Positions 28,495 through 38,667 are shown, counted from the stretch's first letter. The stretch: 64,000 nt of DNA from Candidatus Eremiobacteria bacterium (GCA_963737065.1 CAVTRC010000001.1:1440001-1504000), one strand, 5' to 3'. Translations and numbers: made by a program. Notes: a model not told the origin generated them from the letters alone.

Positions 28495-29760
28495 ATGCAA
28501 TTCATCGACGAAGCCACGATCTCGGTCGCCGCCGGCAATGGCGGCGACGGCATCGTGGCATGGCGTCGCGAGAAATATATTCCAAAAGGCGGGCCGGCCG
28601 GCGGCGACGGCGGCCACGGTGGGAGCATCTACCTCGAAGCAACGCCCGAGCTCTCGACGCTCGTCGAATTTCGGTTCAAACGTCAGTTTTCGGCCGACGC
28701 GGGCAAACCGGGCGGGCAATCAAATAAATCGGGACGCAGCGGTGAAGATCTCACGATCGCAGTGCCGGTCGGCACGATCGTCTATCGCGCGCTCGAAGGC
28801 AAACCGGAAACGTTTCTGACCGATCTTGCGCAGCCCGGTGTTCGCGTCATCGTCGCGCGCGGCGGCAAAGGCGGACTCGGCAATCAACATTTTGCCACGA
28901 GCACGCGGCAGGCGCCGCGCATTGCATACCATGGCGAGCCGGGCGAACGCTGCACGCTGCGTTTGGAGCTTCGATTGCTTGCGGATTGCGGCGTTATCGG
29001 CGTCCCGAACGCCGGCAAATCAACGCTCCTCTCCGTGGTAAGCGCAGCGCGTCCGAAGATCGCGGACTATCCGTTCACGACGCTCGAACCGCAACTTGGC
29101 GTCGTGCGCGTCTCCGATGAAGAGTCGTTTTTTATGGTCGACGTGCCGGGCTTGATCGAGGGCGCGCATGAAGGCGCGGGACTCGGCGATCAATTTCTCA
29201 AGCACGTAGAACGCACGCGCGCGCTCGTGCATTTGCTCGACGGTGCAAAAGCGCTCGATGAGATACTGCGCGACAAAGAGACGATCGAACGCGAACTCGA
29301 CGCGTGGAATCCGAAGCTGCTCGAAAAACCAGCGCTCCTCGTCGTCAGTAAACTCGACTTGCCCGATGCGCGCGAACGCCTAGCGGAGTTGCGCGAACGG
29401 TTCGCCGGCGTGCGCGGGATCAGTTCGGCGACGCGCGAGGGCGTGCAAGACCTCGTCTACGCGATTTGGCAGACGATCAAAGATGCGCCGATGCCGGAAG
29501 TCGTGACGCCGCCGCCCGCGCAGATCGAACTCGTTCCGCGCGATGCGTTCGTCATCACGCGTGACGATAACGGCACCTTCGTCATTGCGGGCGAACGCAT
29601 CGAGCGCCTCGCGTCGATGACGAACTTCGAGTCCGAAGAAGCGCTCGCGCGTTTTGAACGAGCGCTTGCAAAGATGGGCGTCGAGAAGAAATTACGCGAA
29701 CTTGGCGCAGCGGAAGGGGATACCGTGCGTATCGGGCAGTACGAATTTACGTACTCATGA
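28495..29760 (+). CDS. obgE: GTPase ObgE/CgtA
   Basis: Gly-rich Obg fold (GGPAGGDGGHGG), GVPNAGKST, DYPFTTLEP, DVPGLIEGA, C-terminal KKLRELGAAEGDTVRIG domain. Start MQFIDE at 28495. Confidence 0.97.
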   Translation: MQFIDEATISVAAGNGGDGIVAWRREKYIPKGGPAGGDGGHGGSIYLEATPELSTLVEFRFKRQFSADAGKPGGQSNKSGRSGEDLTIAVPVGTIVYRALEGKPETFLTDLAQPGVRVIVARGGKGGLGNQHFATSTRQAPRIAYHGEPGERCTLRLELRLLADCGVIGVPNAGKSTLLSVVSAARPKIADYPFTTLEPQLGVVRVSDEESFFMVDVPGLIEGAHEGAGLGDQFLKHVERTRALVHLLDGAKALDEILRDKETIERELDAWNPKLLEKPALLVVSKLDLPDARERLAELRERFAGVRGISSATREGVQDLVYAIWQTIKDAPMPEVVTPPPAQIELVPRDAFVITRDDNGTFVIAGERIERLASMTNFESEEALARFERALAKMGVEKKLRELGAAEGDTVRIGQYEFTYS

Positions 29761-30377
29761 AGCTCGGTATCTTCGGTGGGACCTTTGATCCCATTCACAA
29801 CGCGCATTTGTTCCTTGCGGAATCCGCGCGGCTCATGGAGAACCTCGATCGCGTCCTGTTCGTGCCGACGAAGCTGCAACACTATCGTAACTCGGCGATC
29901 GAGAGCGCGGAGCACCGTTGCGCGATGGTGCTCGGTGCGATCGAATCAAACCCGGCTTTCGTGCTCGATGATTCCGATCTGCGCCCCGACGCGACCGGGT
30001 TCACCGCCGATCTGCTGCCGCGGTTGCATGCAAAGCACTCGGGCTCGACATTCACGTTTATCATCGGCGCGGATTCACTCGCGAGTTCGACGTGGGAACG
30101 CTTCCCGGAAGTACTCGAAAATCTCGAACGGTTCGTGATTGCACCGCGCCCCGGCGTCCGCGGCGAAGCGTTGCAACGTGTGATTTCCGCGGTGCCCAAA
30201 CACCTGCGCGAGCGGATTGCGACCCTCAACATGCCCGAGCTGCCCGAAAGCGCGACGCTCATTCGAACGCTCCTGTCGCAGGGACGCAGCGTACGGTATC
30301 TCGTACCGGAGGCGGTATGGCAGTACATCGTCGCGCACAAATTGTATGGCGTTGCGCCAGAACCGCTGCTGCGTTAA
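29757..30377 (+). CDS. nadD: Nicotinate-nucleotide adenylyltransferase
   Basis: GIFGGTFDPIHNAH, FIIGADS, SATLIR, YLVPEAVWQYI; follows obgE. Confidence 0.92.
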   Translation: MKLGIFGGTFDPIHNAHLFLAESARLMENLDRVLFVPTKLQHYRNSAIESAEHRCAMVLGAIESNPAFVLDDSDLRPDATGFTADLLPRLHAKHSGSTFTFIIGADSLASSTWERFPEVLENLERFVIAPRPGVRGEALQRVISAVPKHLRERIATLNMPELPESATLIRTLLSQGRSVRYLVPEAVWQYIVAHKLYGVAPEPLLR

Positions 30378-30769
30378 CGGTTGCAGCGCTGCTGGGCGCA
30401 TGTAGCGGCGGCGCGAACGATCCGCCGGACAATGGCCGCATCTGCGCGGCGTACGCAAGTGAAGGTTCACATGGCGAAGTGGTCGCCAGCGGCGTCGTAC
30501 GTCATGTGCTCGGGACACGCCGAGGACCGAGCGGCGAACATGAAGGCTTCTTACTGCAGCTCAGCGGCGAGTGCGATTTGATGCTCCGGGTCGAGACGAA
30601 CGTTGACCTCACCGGTCCCGTTCCGTTGCGCACCGGTGAACGCGTCATCGTGAAGGGCGAATACGAATTCAATCCGCTGGGTGGCGTGATCCACTGGACG
30701 CATCACGATCCGCGCGGGCATCATCCCGACGGCTACGTCAAGGGCGACGACGGCAAAGTGTATCAGTAA
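30317..30769 (+). CDS. DUF3465-family OB-fold lipoprotein
   Basis: GGAGG RBS before the ATG at 30317; lipobox LLGAC; HEGF, ETNVDL, GEYEFNPLGGVIHWTHHDPRGHHPDGY. Confidence 0.8.
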   Translation: MAVHRRAQIVWRCARTAAALTVAALLGACSGGANDPPDNGRICAAYASEGSHGEVVASGVVRHVLGTRRGPSGEHEGFLLQLSGECDLMLRVETNVDLTGPVPLRTGERVIVKGEYEFNPLGGVIHWTHHDPRGHHPDGYVKGDDGKVYQ

Positions 30770-30831
30770 CAGAGAATACGTTGGCACAACGACGACCGGA
30801 GCGCGCGAGCGCCGTTGAGAACAACTCGCGA

Positions 30832-31425
30832 ATGCACATCGTTCTCGCCAGCGCCTCCCCGCGGCGGCTCGAGCTCCTCACGTCGCTCGGCATCGATGTC
30901 GAGGTTCGGCCGAGCAACTACGGTGAACCCGACGATCCCGACGCAACGCCGCTGGATCTCGCGCGCCGGCACGCGCGAGCGAAAGCGCGCGATGTTCGCA
31001 GCGCGATCGGTGACGCGCAGCTCGTGGTGGCCGCGGATACCGTCGTCGACCTCGACGGCGTAGCGCTCAACAAGCCGCTCGGCAGCATGGACGCCGTTCG
31101 AATGCTTTCTCTCCTCTCCGGGCGCGAGCACCGCGTGCACTCGGCGTTTGCGCTCGCAATGCCCGGCCGGCCAGAGTTGGTCGAAGGCGACTCGACGACG
31201 CGAGTGCGTTTTTATCCGCTAACGGCGCAAGAAATCGGCGACTATGTTGCAACGGGAGAGCCGATGGATAAGGCGGGCGCGTATGGAATTCAGGGGCGTG
31301 CGGCCGCCCTCGTAGAAAGCATCGAGGGCGATTTTTATACGGTGATGGGCTTCCCGCTCGGTCGCTTCATTCGCACGCTGCAGCAATTAGGTTTTTCGCT
31401 GCCGATAACGAAAAAAACGCCATAA
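30832..31425 (+). CDS. maf: Maf family nucleotide pyrophosphatase
   Basis: VLASASPRR, AADTVV, LNKP, LSGREH, DKAGAYGIQG, VMGFP. Confidence 0.95.
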   Translation: MHIVLASASPRRLELLTSLGIDVEVRPSNYGEPDDPDATPLDLARRHARAKARDVRSAIGDAQLVVAADTVVDLDGVALNKPLGSMDAVRMLSLLSGREHRVHSAFALAMPGRPELVEGDSTTRVRFYPLTAQEIGDYVATGEPMDKAGAYGIQGRAAALVESIEGDFYTVMGFPLGRFIRTLQQLGFSLPITKKTP

Positions 31426-31458
31426 TTATGGCATCGTAAAGGGCTACCGGGGGCCGTC

Positions 31459-32265
31459 ATTTTCACTTATCGCGACGAACGCAGATTGTTTGCGCTCATA
31501 ACCGTCATTATCGTGGCCGCACTGGTTGCTATATTGCAAATCAACGCGGAACGATCGGGCAATGAAAGCCCGCTTTCGACGGCCGTAGTGAGCCTCGCGT
31601 CGTTCATCGAGACCGCGTCGACCGTTACGGTTAGTAGTGTGCGCGGCGCAGGTAGCGCGGTCGTTGCGATCCCGCAACTCGAGCGCGAAAACAAAGAACT
31701 GACCGCGCGCAACCGCTCACTCGAACAAGAGAATACGCAGTTGCACGAACTCGCCGCGCAATATGCGAGCGAAGCGAGCGTTCGTCCCATCGTCGACACC
31801 GCGCCGCGCGGCGTGGAAGCGCGCGTGGTAGGCTTCCCGCCGGAAAACGAATCGCGCACGGTAACGATCAATAAGGGCAGCAGCAGCGGTATTCATAAAG
31901 ACGACGGCGTTCTTGCGGGCGGCGGAATCGTCGGTCGCGTCGAATCGGTGACGCCCTTTGCCAGTAAGGTCGTGTTGATTACCGACTACACGAGCCGGAT
32001 CCCCGCGGTGACACGTCGCGGACGCTATTGGGGCATCGCGCGCGGCAATCTTTCGACCGTACGGGTCGAGTACATTCCGCAAGACGCAAAAATCAAAGCT
32101 GGTGACATCGTCGTCACGGGCGAAGGCCGTTCATTCCGCTCCGGCATTCCAATCGGCACGATTGCACGCGTCGAACGCGGCGATGCAACGCTCTATCAAA
32201 CCGCAATTCTGCAACCGTCCGCTGATATCGGCTCCCTCGATCGCGTTGTCGTTGTCCCGAAATAG
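31459..32265 (+). CDS. mreC: Rod shape-determining protein MreC (start uncertain: ATT 31459 or TTG 31486)
   Basis: N-terminal TM, coiled coil (LERENKEL), INKGSSSGI, GIVGRV, VLITD, GDIVVTG, GIPIG. Confidence 0.9.
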   Translation: MFTYRDERRLFALITVIIVAALVAILQINAERSGNESPLSTAVVSLASFIETASTVTVSSVRGAGSAVVAIPQLERENKELTARNRSLEQENTQLHELAAQYASEASVRPIVDTAPRGVEARVVGFPPENESRTVTINKGSSSGIHKDDGVLAGGGIVGRVESVTPFASKVVLITDYTSRIPAVTRRGRYWGIARGNLSTVRVEYIPQDAKIKAGDIVVTGEGRSFRSGIPIGTIARVERGDATLYQTAILQPSADIGSLDRVVVVPK

Positions 32266-32773
32266 GCTTCAACTTTCGCGTCCAATTGCTCCGACGTGGT
32301 GGATTTCCGCGCTCTGGCTCATCGCGGCTGCACTGCTGCAGGTTACGCTCGTGCATCTTGCCGCATTTCGAAACGTTGTTCCGAGCATCGTCTTCGTTGC
32401 CGTCGTGTGGTACGCAATCCGCGTCGATCTTTGGCAAGCTGCCGCATACGGGCTTGCGGGCGGATTGCTGGAAGATCTACTCGCTACGGGCACCGGAGCC
32501 GCGTTTACTATCTCCACCGTAATCGGCGCAATTACCGCGCAAGTGATTTCGCGCGGATTTTTCGCCGATTCATTTCCACTCGTCGCGACGATCACGATAG
32601 CCGCGACGTTCGCCCGTCAGTTAGTGTTTTGGGTCGTGTGGGGCTTCGAAGGCTATCCGCCGGGTCTGGCAACGATGCATTTTCACGAAGCGATCGTTCA
32701 AGCCGCAATGAACGCCGCGGTCATGATGCTCGTTATGTTGGTCCTACGACGTTTTAGCGACGATTACGGATGA
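32252..32773 (+). CDS. mreD: Rod shape-determining protein MreD
   Basis: Multi-TM protein with GLAGGLLEDLL, lying between mreC and mrdA. Start approximate. Confidence 0.85.
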   Translation: MSRNRLQLSRPIAPTWWISALWLIAAALLQVTLVHLAAFRNVVPSIVFVAVVWYAIRVDLWQAAAYGLAGGLLEDLLATGTGAAFTISTVIGAITAQVISRGFFADSFPLVATITIAATFARQLVFWVVWGFEGYPPGLATMHFHEAIVQAAMNAAVMMLVMLVLRRFSDDYG

Positions 32774-34641
32774 TCGTCGACCGCCGGCGCGTACCGCGCA
32801 TTTCATGGCAAAAATCGCCGTGGCGCATCGCGGGTTTTGCCACAATCGTCATCGCTGCGATCGTAGCGCTAATCGTTCGATTGGTTCAAGTCCAAGTGGT
32901 GCAGGGCGAAGCGTTTCGCGCCGCGGCGCAAGCGAACCAGATTCGGTTGATCGAAGTCGCGGCGCCGCGCGGAATGATCCGCGACCGTAATGGCGACGTA
33001 ATGGTTCGCAGCCGTCCGTCGTTCGTCGTCGCGTTGATTCCTTCGGAAGTTACCGACGTCAAAGGCGATCTCCGTACGCTCGCTTCGATCCTCCGCGTTC
33101 CGGAATCGTCGCTGTGGCAACAGCTGCTTCATCATCACGGCGTCAATTACAAGAACTTCGACGAAGTTCAAGTCTACGAACCGTACGGTCCGGTCATCCT
33201 CGCCTCGGACTTGCCCGTCGCGAAAGTCGCGCGTCTATCGGAGCAAATGACCGACATGCCGGGCGTCGATCTCGAAGTGCAACCGATTCGCGATTATCCC
33301 AGAGGACCGGTCGGTGCAGCCGTCTTCGGCTACGTCGGCCAAATCACGGAAGCGGAATACACTAAGCGCAAAAACGAGGGCTACACGCCGAACGACGTTA
33401 TTGGTAAGGACGGGCTGGAGTGGGAGTACGACAAGTATCTGCGCGGCATTGCGGGCGGACAACAAGTCGTCGTCGATGCGCAAGGTCAAGTCGTGCCGAG
33501 CATCAAGCTGCCCTCGCGTCAAGCGACCCCAGGCGATACGCTCGTCACCACGATCGATTGGCGATTAGAACAGATCGTGCAACAAGCGCTCGTCGACGGC
33601 ATCCGTAAATGGGCCGGCAAGAAAAAACTCGCCGGGGGCGTCGTGGTCGAAGATCCGTGGACCGGCGGCATTCTTGCGATGGCGAGCGTGCCGCAATTCG
33701 ACCCGAACGACTTCGCTGCGGACAATTGGAAAAAAGTTTCGAAGTATCTGCTCGATCCCACCGATCCGTTGTTCAATAACGCAATCGGTGCAGCGACACC
33801 GACCGGTTCGACGTTCAAAATGGTAACGGGCAGCGGCGTCCTTACCGAAGGGCTCGTGAAGCCGCACGAAGTCGTCTACGACAGCGGCGCGTGGGACTGC
33901 GGCGGCTATATCGCGCGCGATATCGCGTCGGGCGGGCTCGGCAACACGACGTTCGTGCCGGCGCTCGCGGCGTCGTCCGACGGATTCTTCTACCAAATGG
34001 CGTGGCGCCTAGGACGCGTACGGCTAGAGAAGTGGGCGCGCCTTTTCGGACTAAGCTCGAAGACGGGAATCGATCTGCCGGGTGAAAACGCCGGCAACTG
34101 GCCGACGCCTGAATGGGAAATGAAGAATTTCGGCGTGCCCATGGAACCGAGCGAAGTGTGCATGCTCGGTATCGGCCAAGGCGCGATGCAAGCCACGCCG
34201 CTGCAGATGGTCAACATCGCATCCGCCGTCATCAACGGCGGCACGTTATGGCATCCGCATATCGCAAGCCGCATCATCGATCCGCACGGCAACGTCGTGA
34301 AGACGTTCTCGCCGCAAATCATTCGTCACATTCCCGCGAAGCAAGACGCGCTCAAATACGTGCGCGAAGGCATGGCGAAAGTAACCGATCCAGGCGGCAC
34401 CGCGTACGGCTGGAAAATCAAAGACTTGCCGTTCTCCGGCAAGACCGGTACAGCGGAAACGGGGAACGGCGCGGGCGCCAACACGACGTGGTTCATCGCC
34501 TGGGCGCCATCCGATCATCCGAAACTCGCGATGGCGGTCTTCGTCGACCGTTCCGGCGGTTACGGCGCGTCCGTCGCAGCGCCGATCGCACGCGACATTT
34601 TAGTGAAGTTCTTCAAGAAGTCGCCTGACATCATTCAGTAA
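32770..34641 (+). CDS. mrdA: Penicillin-binding protein 2
   Basis: APRGMIRDRNG, RDYP, GKDGLE, GSTFK (SxxK), SSD, KTGTAE. Confidence 0.93.
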   Translation: MIVDRRRVPRISWQKSPWRIAGFATIVIAAIVALIVRLVQVQVVQGEAFRAAAQANQIRLIEVAAPRGMIRDRNGDVMVRSRPSFVVALIPSEVTDVKGDLRTLASILRVPESSLWQQLLHHHGVNYKNFDEVQVYEPYGPVILASDLPVAKVARLSEQMTDMPGVDLEVQPIRDYPRGPVGAAVFGYVGQITEAEYTKRKNEGYTPNDVIGKDGLEWEYDKYLRGIAGGQQVVVDAQGQVVPSIKLPSRQATPGDTLVTTIDWRLEQIVQQALVDGIRKWAGKKKLAGGVVVEDPWTGGILAMASVPQFDPNDFAADNWKKVSKYLLDPTDPLFNNAIGAATPTGSTFKMVTGSGVLTEGLVKPHEVVYDSGAWDCGGYIARDIASGGLGNTTFVPALAASSDGFFYQMAWRLGRVRLEKWARLFGLSSKTGIDLPGENAGNWPTPEWEMKNFGVPMEPSEVCMLGIGQGAMQATPLQMVNIASAVINGGTLWHPHIASRIIDPHGNVVKTFSPQIIRHIPAKQDALKYVREGMAKVTDPGGTAYGWKIKDLPFSGKTGTAETGNGAGANTTWFIAWAPSDHPKLAMAVFVDRSGGYGASVAAPIARDILVKFFKKSPDIIQ

Positions 34642-34657
34642 CGGCGACGCTCACTCG

Positions 34658-34978
34658 CTACGTCACGTGTGCTCTCGCCGCGATGACCATGAGGGCGGCG
34701 TCGGCCGCTTCGCGGACGGACTCGTCGGGATCGTCGCGGCGAAGTGTCCCGAGTTGATCGATACACCACGGTTCGCCGACCATCACCAGGCGTTCGACGA
34801 GGTCGAACCGGCCCGCGACGTCGAGTGACGGTTCCGTTTGCTCTTGCGGCTCCCGCGATGGTGCTTCGATCGCGTGCGTTGCTCGCCCGCGTCGCAGCAG
34901 CGCGCCGATGACGAAGAGCAGCGCGCCGATGACGAAGAGCGCTAAAAGAACGTTTGCGAGCGGGTTACTCGACAGCAA
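34658..34978 (-). CDS. Small single-TM protein with C-terminal HEAT-like helices (module copy B)
   Basis: N-terminal TM, then RFDLVERL...DPDESVREAADAAL. Overlaps the stop of the large upstream gene. Start approximate (TTG 34978). Confidence 0.7.
   Translation of the reverse strand: MLSSNPLANVLLALFVIGALLFVIGALLRRGRATHAIEAPSREPQEQTEPSLDVAGRFDLVERLVMVGEPWCIDQLGTLRRDDPDESVREAADAALMVIAARAHVT
34896..34940. repeat. Perfect 21-bp tandem duplication
   Basis: agcagcgcgccgatgacgaag at 34896-34916 and 34917-34937; encodes LFVIGAL twice. Confidence 0.95.
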
Positions 34979-37900
34979 TGTGCGCTGCACCGCGCAGCGC
35001 TTCCATAACGTCCGCAAGCCCGTCGTCGAGCGTACGGTTGACGCTGGAGGTCAATACGCGATGGAACTCTTCGATCGGCAGCTCGTTGAGGACGGTCAAG
35101 ACGTTGAGCAGCTCGGCTCGGTAGTGCTCGAGGCCGTCGACTCGGTTTTCGTCGTTAAAAATCGTCGTGCCGAGCAGCTGCGCGTTGATCAACCACGGTG
35201 CAACTCCACCGACGGGTACAACTTCGAGTTCGGGCAGTAACGCGCGAACGACATCAAGTTCGACGCTGCCCTCGACGCGAATCACGCCGTCCGGCGGGCT
35301 CTTCGGACGCCCGGTCGGCGCAAACGCGAGATCGTTCACTAGATTCACGAGAGCGTCGCGGCTTTCACGATCTTCGAGATCCTTGCCGGTGATCTGCAGT
35401 CGCGGCATGCGTAAACGCACGAAGAGTTTCTCGAGCGGCGCACGCAGCGCGCGACTCGCGGATGCGAAGGTTGCCGTGAGTTGCGGCGAACCGTCGGCGA
35501 CCGATTCCGGAAACAGCATCCGCATCGCGAAGAGATGCTGGATCAAGCCGCCTGCAGAATCACTGCGCTCCAGCATGCGTAGCGTATGGCCCAGACGCTC
35601 CGGCGTGAAATCGACGTATAGCACCGGCGTCGAAAAATCTTCGTGGAGCGCCGCAGCGGGCGCGACCAGTGCTTCGGTTTGCGCAGCGACGATCTCGGCG
35701 ATCGCGCGCGGCGGCTCCGATTCGACGATTTCCGGGTGCGGTTGTCGCTGCGGTTCTGCTTCGGGCGGTGGCGGCGGTTCGTACGCCGGTGCTTCAGCGG
35801 GAAAGATGCGCGCAATCGAAAGCGCACTGCCGGCAACGGATTCGCTGAGCGAGGGCTGCGCTTGGACGCGAACCGTCGGCGCGGCGATGGCAAACGTCGT
35901 CCCTTCGCCCCATTCGAAAACGGCCCGCGTGTCGAGCGGTGTTCCCGCGGCGAGCGGCGACATCACCATCATTTCCCAGCGAACGCGCAATTCGACCTGC
36001 GGATTCAGATCGGCGAGCACCAGACCCCGTGCGGACCACAATTGCGACGCACCGGCATCGTCGTTGACCGGCATGCCGTTGATCGTCGTGGACGACGGAA
36101 CGTACACCGCGAGATTCGTCGGAACAACGCGAATCGCCAACCGTTCCGCCGGACCGTCTCCCTCGTTGCGCAGGCGCACTTCGTAATACAGCCGTTCGCC
36201 GGCGTCGACCACTTCCGCCGGAATCGCGAACAACTGCGCGCTTTGCGCGAAGTGTGCTTCCGAATGCGTTGCAATATCGAGCGATGGAAACGGCACGGGG
36301 CTGATGCCTTTGGCGTGCAGCCATCCCTCGAGCGCCAGCGAGCGATTTCCACTAATCGCGCGCAACAATCGCAGTGTCACGCGGGCGGTGTGCGTGTTTT
36401 CGGCAGCGATATCGGCAAATGCAAGACCGTCCCGGTCGCGGCGCGCATCGACCGCGCGCTCGACAACGAGTTCGGGCGGCAGCGAGAGCGACAAACGTGC
36501 ATCGCGTAGAATATCCGAACCGCTGTTATGTACGCGAACGACGAGATCGACGGTGCGATTCGGACGCAGCGGTTCATGCGATTCCAGTTCCCACTCGACG
36601 CGATCGACGCTCGCGCGCGAACGCACGACGATCGATGCCGTGCCGAGATCGACCGCGCCGTCCGCGTGCTCTAACACAACCCCGAGCGATGCGGTCGAGC
36701 GATCGGGTACGCGCGACGCGATCGATGCATGCACCGTGAAGATTCGCTCCTGATGAGGCACCACAACCCCGAGTTCGACGGGGCCGGCATACAGGGACGG
36801 TTCAGCACCGCCTTCACTGACCCGAACGTCGGTGAGATACAGGCCCGGAACGAGACGCAAGCGAACGTCAGATTCCGCCGCCGTTCCGTCGTTGTAGACG
36901 TGAACGTCGAACGTGACCTCGTTGCGCGCGTGCGCGACGCTGTGATTTGCCTCAACGAAATTGCGCGCGCGGCTGAAACGCGGGGACACGCGCACTGCCA
37001 AACGCCGGCTGAACGAACGCTCACCGTTTTTCCAGCGCAACGATGCATCGATCGGCAGCACCGTTTTTCCGGCAGCGGGCACGGCAACAGTTGCGGCGAT
37101 GCCGACTTCCACCATTCGTCCAGCGGGAAGCGAGCCGAGCGAAAACGTGAGATCCGGAATCGAATCGTCGCTCACCGGCTGCGCGTCCATGTGCGCGGAA
37201 CCGGGCGCATACATCAGTCCGGCAGGCAGGACAAACGACACCTGCACGCGTTGCGCAATGCCGGTCCCATTATTCACCGCGCGTAGAATCATTGGAACTT
37301 GCATGCCGGGCGTCACTGCATCATCGCACAGGACGCTGAATGCAGTGTCTTCGCCGTCGAAATCAACCGGCGATACGACGACGATCTCGGCCGATGCGAT
37401 AGCAAATTCGGCCGATTCACGTGAACCGGCGGTCCCGGAAATTTTGATTCGTGTGCCGTCCGCGAGCGGTGAGTCAATCTGCGCCTGATATTCGACGAGC
37501 ACCGATTGTCCCGGCGAGAGACGCTCGCTGACGACGGTCGCGCTGTCGTAGTCAAACGCTTCGCCTTCGATGCCCGCGATGAGACGGCCGTCCACGCGCG
37601 CGCTACGCGCAATGTACGTCGTATGTTCGGGGGCGGGAAGAATCACCACGACATCGTGCGCGCTCGACGCGCCGCTGTTGCGAACGGTGGCGCGAATCGA
37701 AATGACATCGCCGGGATGGGGCTGCGCCGGCGCCGATAACGTCACGAGCGTCGACGCGTTGTGCAGTTCCGGACGGCTGCGTACCGCGACGCGGGCGATG
37801 TTCGACCCGACGAGCTCCGTTTGATCGGTGACGAGCGCTGCTTGGAACATCAGTTCGCTCGCGTCTTCGATGATGTCGTTGACGCGGAACGTGCACGTGA

Positions 37901-38210
37901 CGCGGCGCTGCGCGTTTGATTCGAGATCTGCAACTGGCGCGCCGTTGGGATCGATGAAACTCGCGTCGCTTTCCAGCGGCGCGTCGTCGACGAGATCGCC
38001 GCCGGCAACGTGCTCGCAGCCTTGCGGATGCGCAAAGCGCACGCGAAGGCCGGTCGCCGCCGCACCGCCAAGATTCGAAAAACTGAACGTCGCGCGAATC
38101 GTTTCCCCGGGAAGAACCGTGCGCGTGGGATCCAGCGCCAACGTCCGAAGGCTCTCGATCAAAGCCGGAGAGCCCGGGGCAAAAATGCCGGTCAACGACG
38201 TTGACGCCAC
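34965..38210 (-). CDS. Large protein with six DUF11-like Ig repeats and a helical C-terminal domain (module copy B)
   Basis: 1081 aa; repeated PG-x-V-x6-N-x-G...LP...Y-x-PGS-x3-(D/N)G motifs; Pro/Glu-rich linker; no signal peptide; purine-rich RBS before the GTG. Confidence 0.85.
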   Translation of the reverse strand: MASTSLTGIFAPGSPALIESLRTLALDPTRTVLPGETIRATFSFSNLGGAAATGLRVRFAHPQGCEHVAGGDLVDDAPLESDASFIDPNGAPVADLESNAQRRVTCTFRVNDIIEDASELMFQAALVTDQTELVGSNIARVAVRSRPELHNASTLVTLSAPAQPHPGDVISIRATVRNSGASSAHDVVVILPAPEHTTYIARSARVDGRLIAGIEGEAFDYDSATVVSERLSPGQSVLVEYQAQIDSPLADGTRIKISGTAGSRESAEFAIASAEIVVVSPVDFDGEDTAFSVLCDDAVTPGMQVPMILRAVNNGTGIAQRVQVSFVLPAGLMYAPGSAHMDAQPVSDDSIPDLTFSLGSLPAGRMVEVGIAATVAVPAAGKTVLPIDASLRWKNGERSFSRRLAVRVSPRFSRARNFVEANHSVAHARNEVTFDVHVYNDGTAAESDVRLRLVPGLYLTDVRVSEGGAEPSLYAGPVELGVVVPHQERIFTVHASIASRVPDRSTASLGVVLEHADGAVDLGTASIVVRSRASVDRVEWELESHEPLRPNRTVDLVVRVHNSGSDILRDARLSLSLPPELVVERAVDARRDRDGLAFADIAAENTHTARVTLRLLRAISGNRSLALEGWLHAKGISPVPFPSLDIATHSEAHFAQSAQLFAIPAEVVDAGERLYYEVRLRNEGDGPAERLAIRVVPTNLAVYVPSSTTINGMPVNDDAGASQLWSARGLVLADLNPQVELRVRWEMMVMSPLAAGTPLDTRAVFEWGEGTTFAIAAPTVRVQAQPSLSESVAGSALSIARIFPAEAPAYEPPPPPEAEPQRQPHPEIVESEPPRAIAEIVAAQTEALVAPAAALHEDFSTPVLYVDFTPERLGHTLRMLERSDSAGGLIQHLFAMRMLFPESVADGSPQLTATFASASRALRAPLEKLFVRLRMPRLQITGKDLEDRESRDALVNLVNDLAFAPTGRPKSPPDGVIRVEGSVELDVVRALLPELEVVPVGGVAPWLINAQLLGTTIFNDENRVDGLEHYRAELLNVLTVLNELPIEEFHRVLTSSVNRTLDDGLADVMEALRGAAHIAVE

Positions 38211-38259
38211 AAGCGTGTCTTTCCCTTCAACGAGAGTTGCGACCTATGGTAGCGCGCGC

Positions 38260-38667
38260 CTAGTCCGTACGTTGCGAGTCGAGCAGCAAGAGTGTCTGCG
38301 CGATCCGGTCGGCACGCAGGCCCGGGTGTTCGGCGAGAAACGATTCAACGCTGCGACGCCGGCCGCTCGAGATCAGCACGTGTGCAGCGGCCAGTGACAC
38401 CGCTTCCGCAGGATCGTTCAACGCGTGTTCGAGCAGCTGCTGAGACCGTTCGTCTTCGAGCGCCGCGACGGCAAAGACCAAGTCGCAACGGGCCGATTCG
38501 GAAAGCCCGGCGAACTCGTCGCCCGCTTCGTTCGTCCAATCGGTCGTCGCATACACCGGCTCTTCCGATCGCTGCACCGGTACACGCTCGGGCCGCCGGG
38601 GCGCCATCCATGCGTACACGCCGATTGCGGCGCCCGCGATGATGATAAGGATAACGGCGACGGTCAC
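38260..38667 (-). CDS. Small single-TM protein with C-terminal HEAT-like helices (module copy A)
   Basis: TM VAVILIIIAGAAIGVYAWM, then RCDLVFAVAAL...LEHALNDPAEAVSLAAAHVL. GTG at 38667 lies just after the large gene stop. Confidence 0.75.
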   Translation of the reverse strand: MTVAVILIIIAGAAIGVYAWMAPRRPERVPVQRSEEPVYATTDWTNEAGDEFAGLSESARCDLVFAVAALEDERSQQLLEHALNDPAEAVSLAAAHVLISSGRRRSVESFLAEHPGLRADRIAQTLLLLDSQRTD

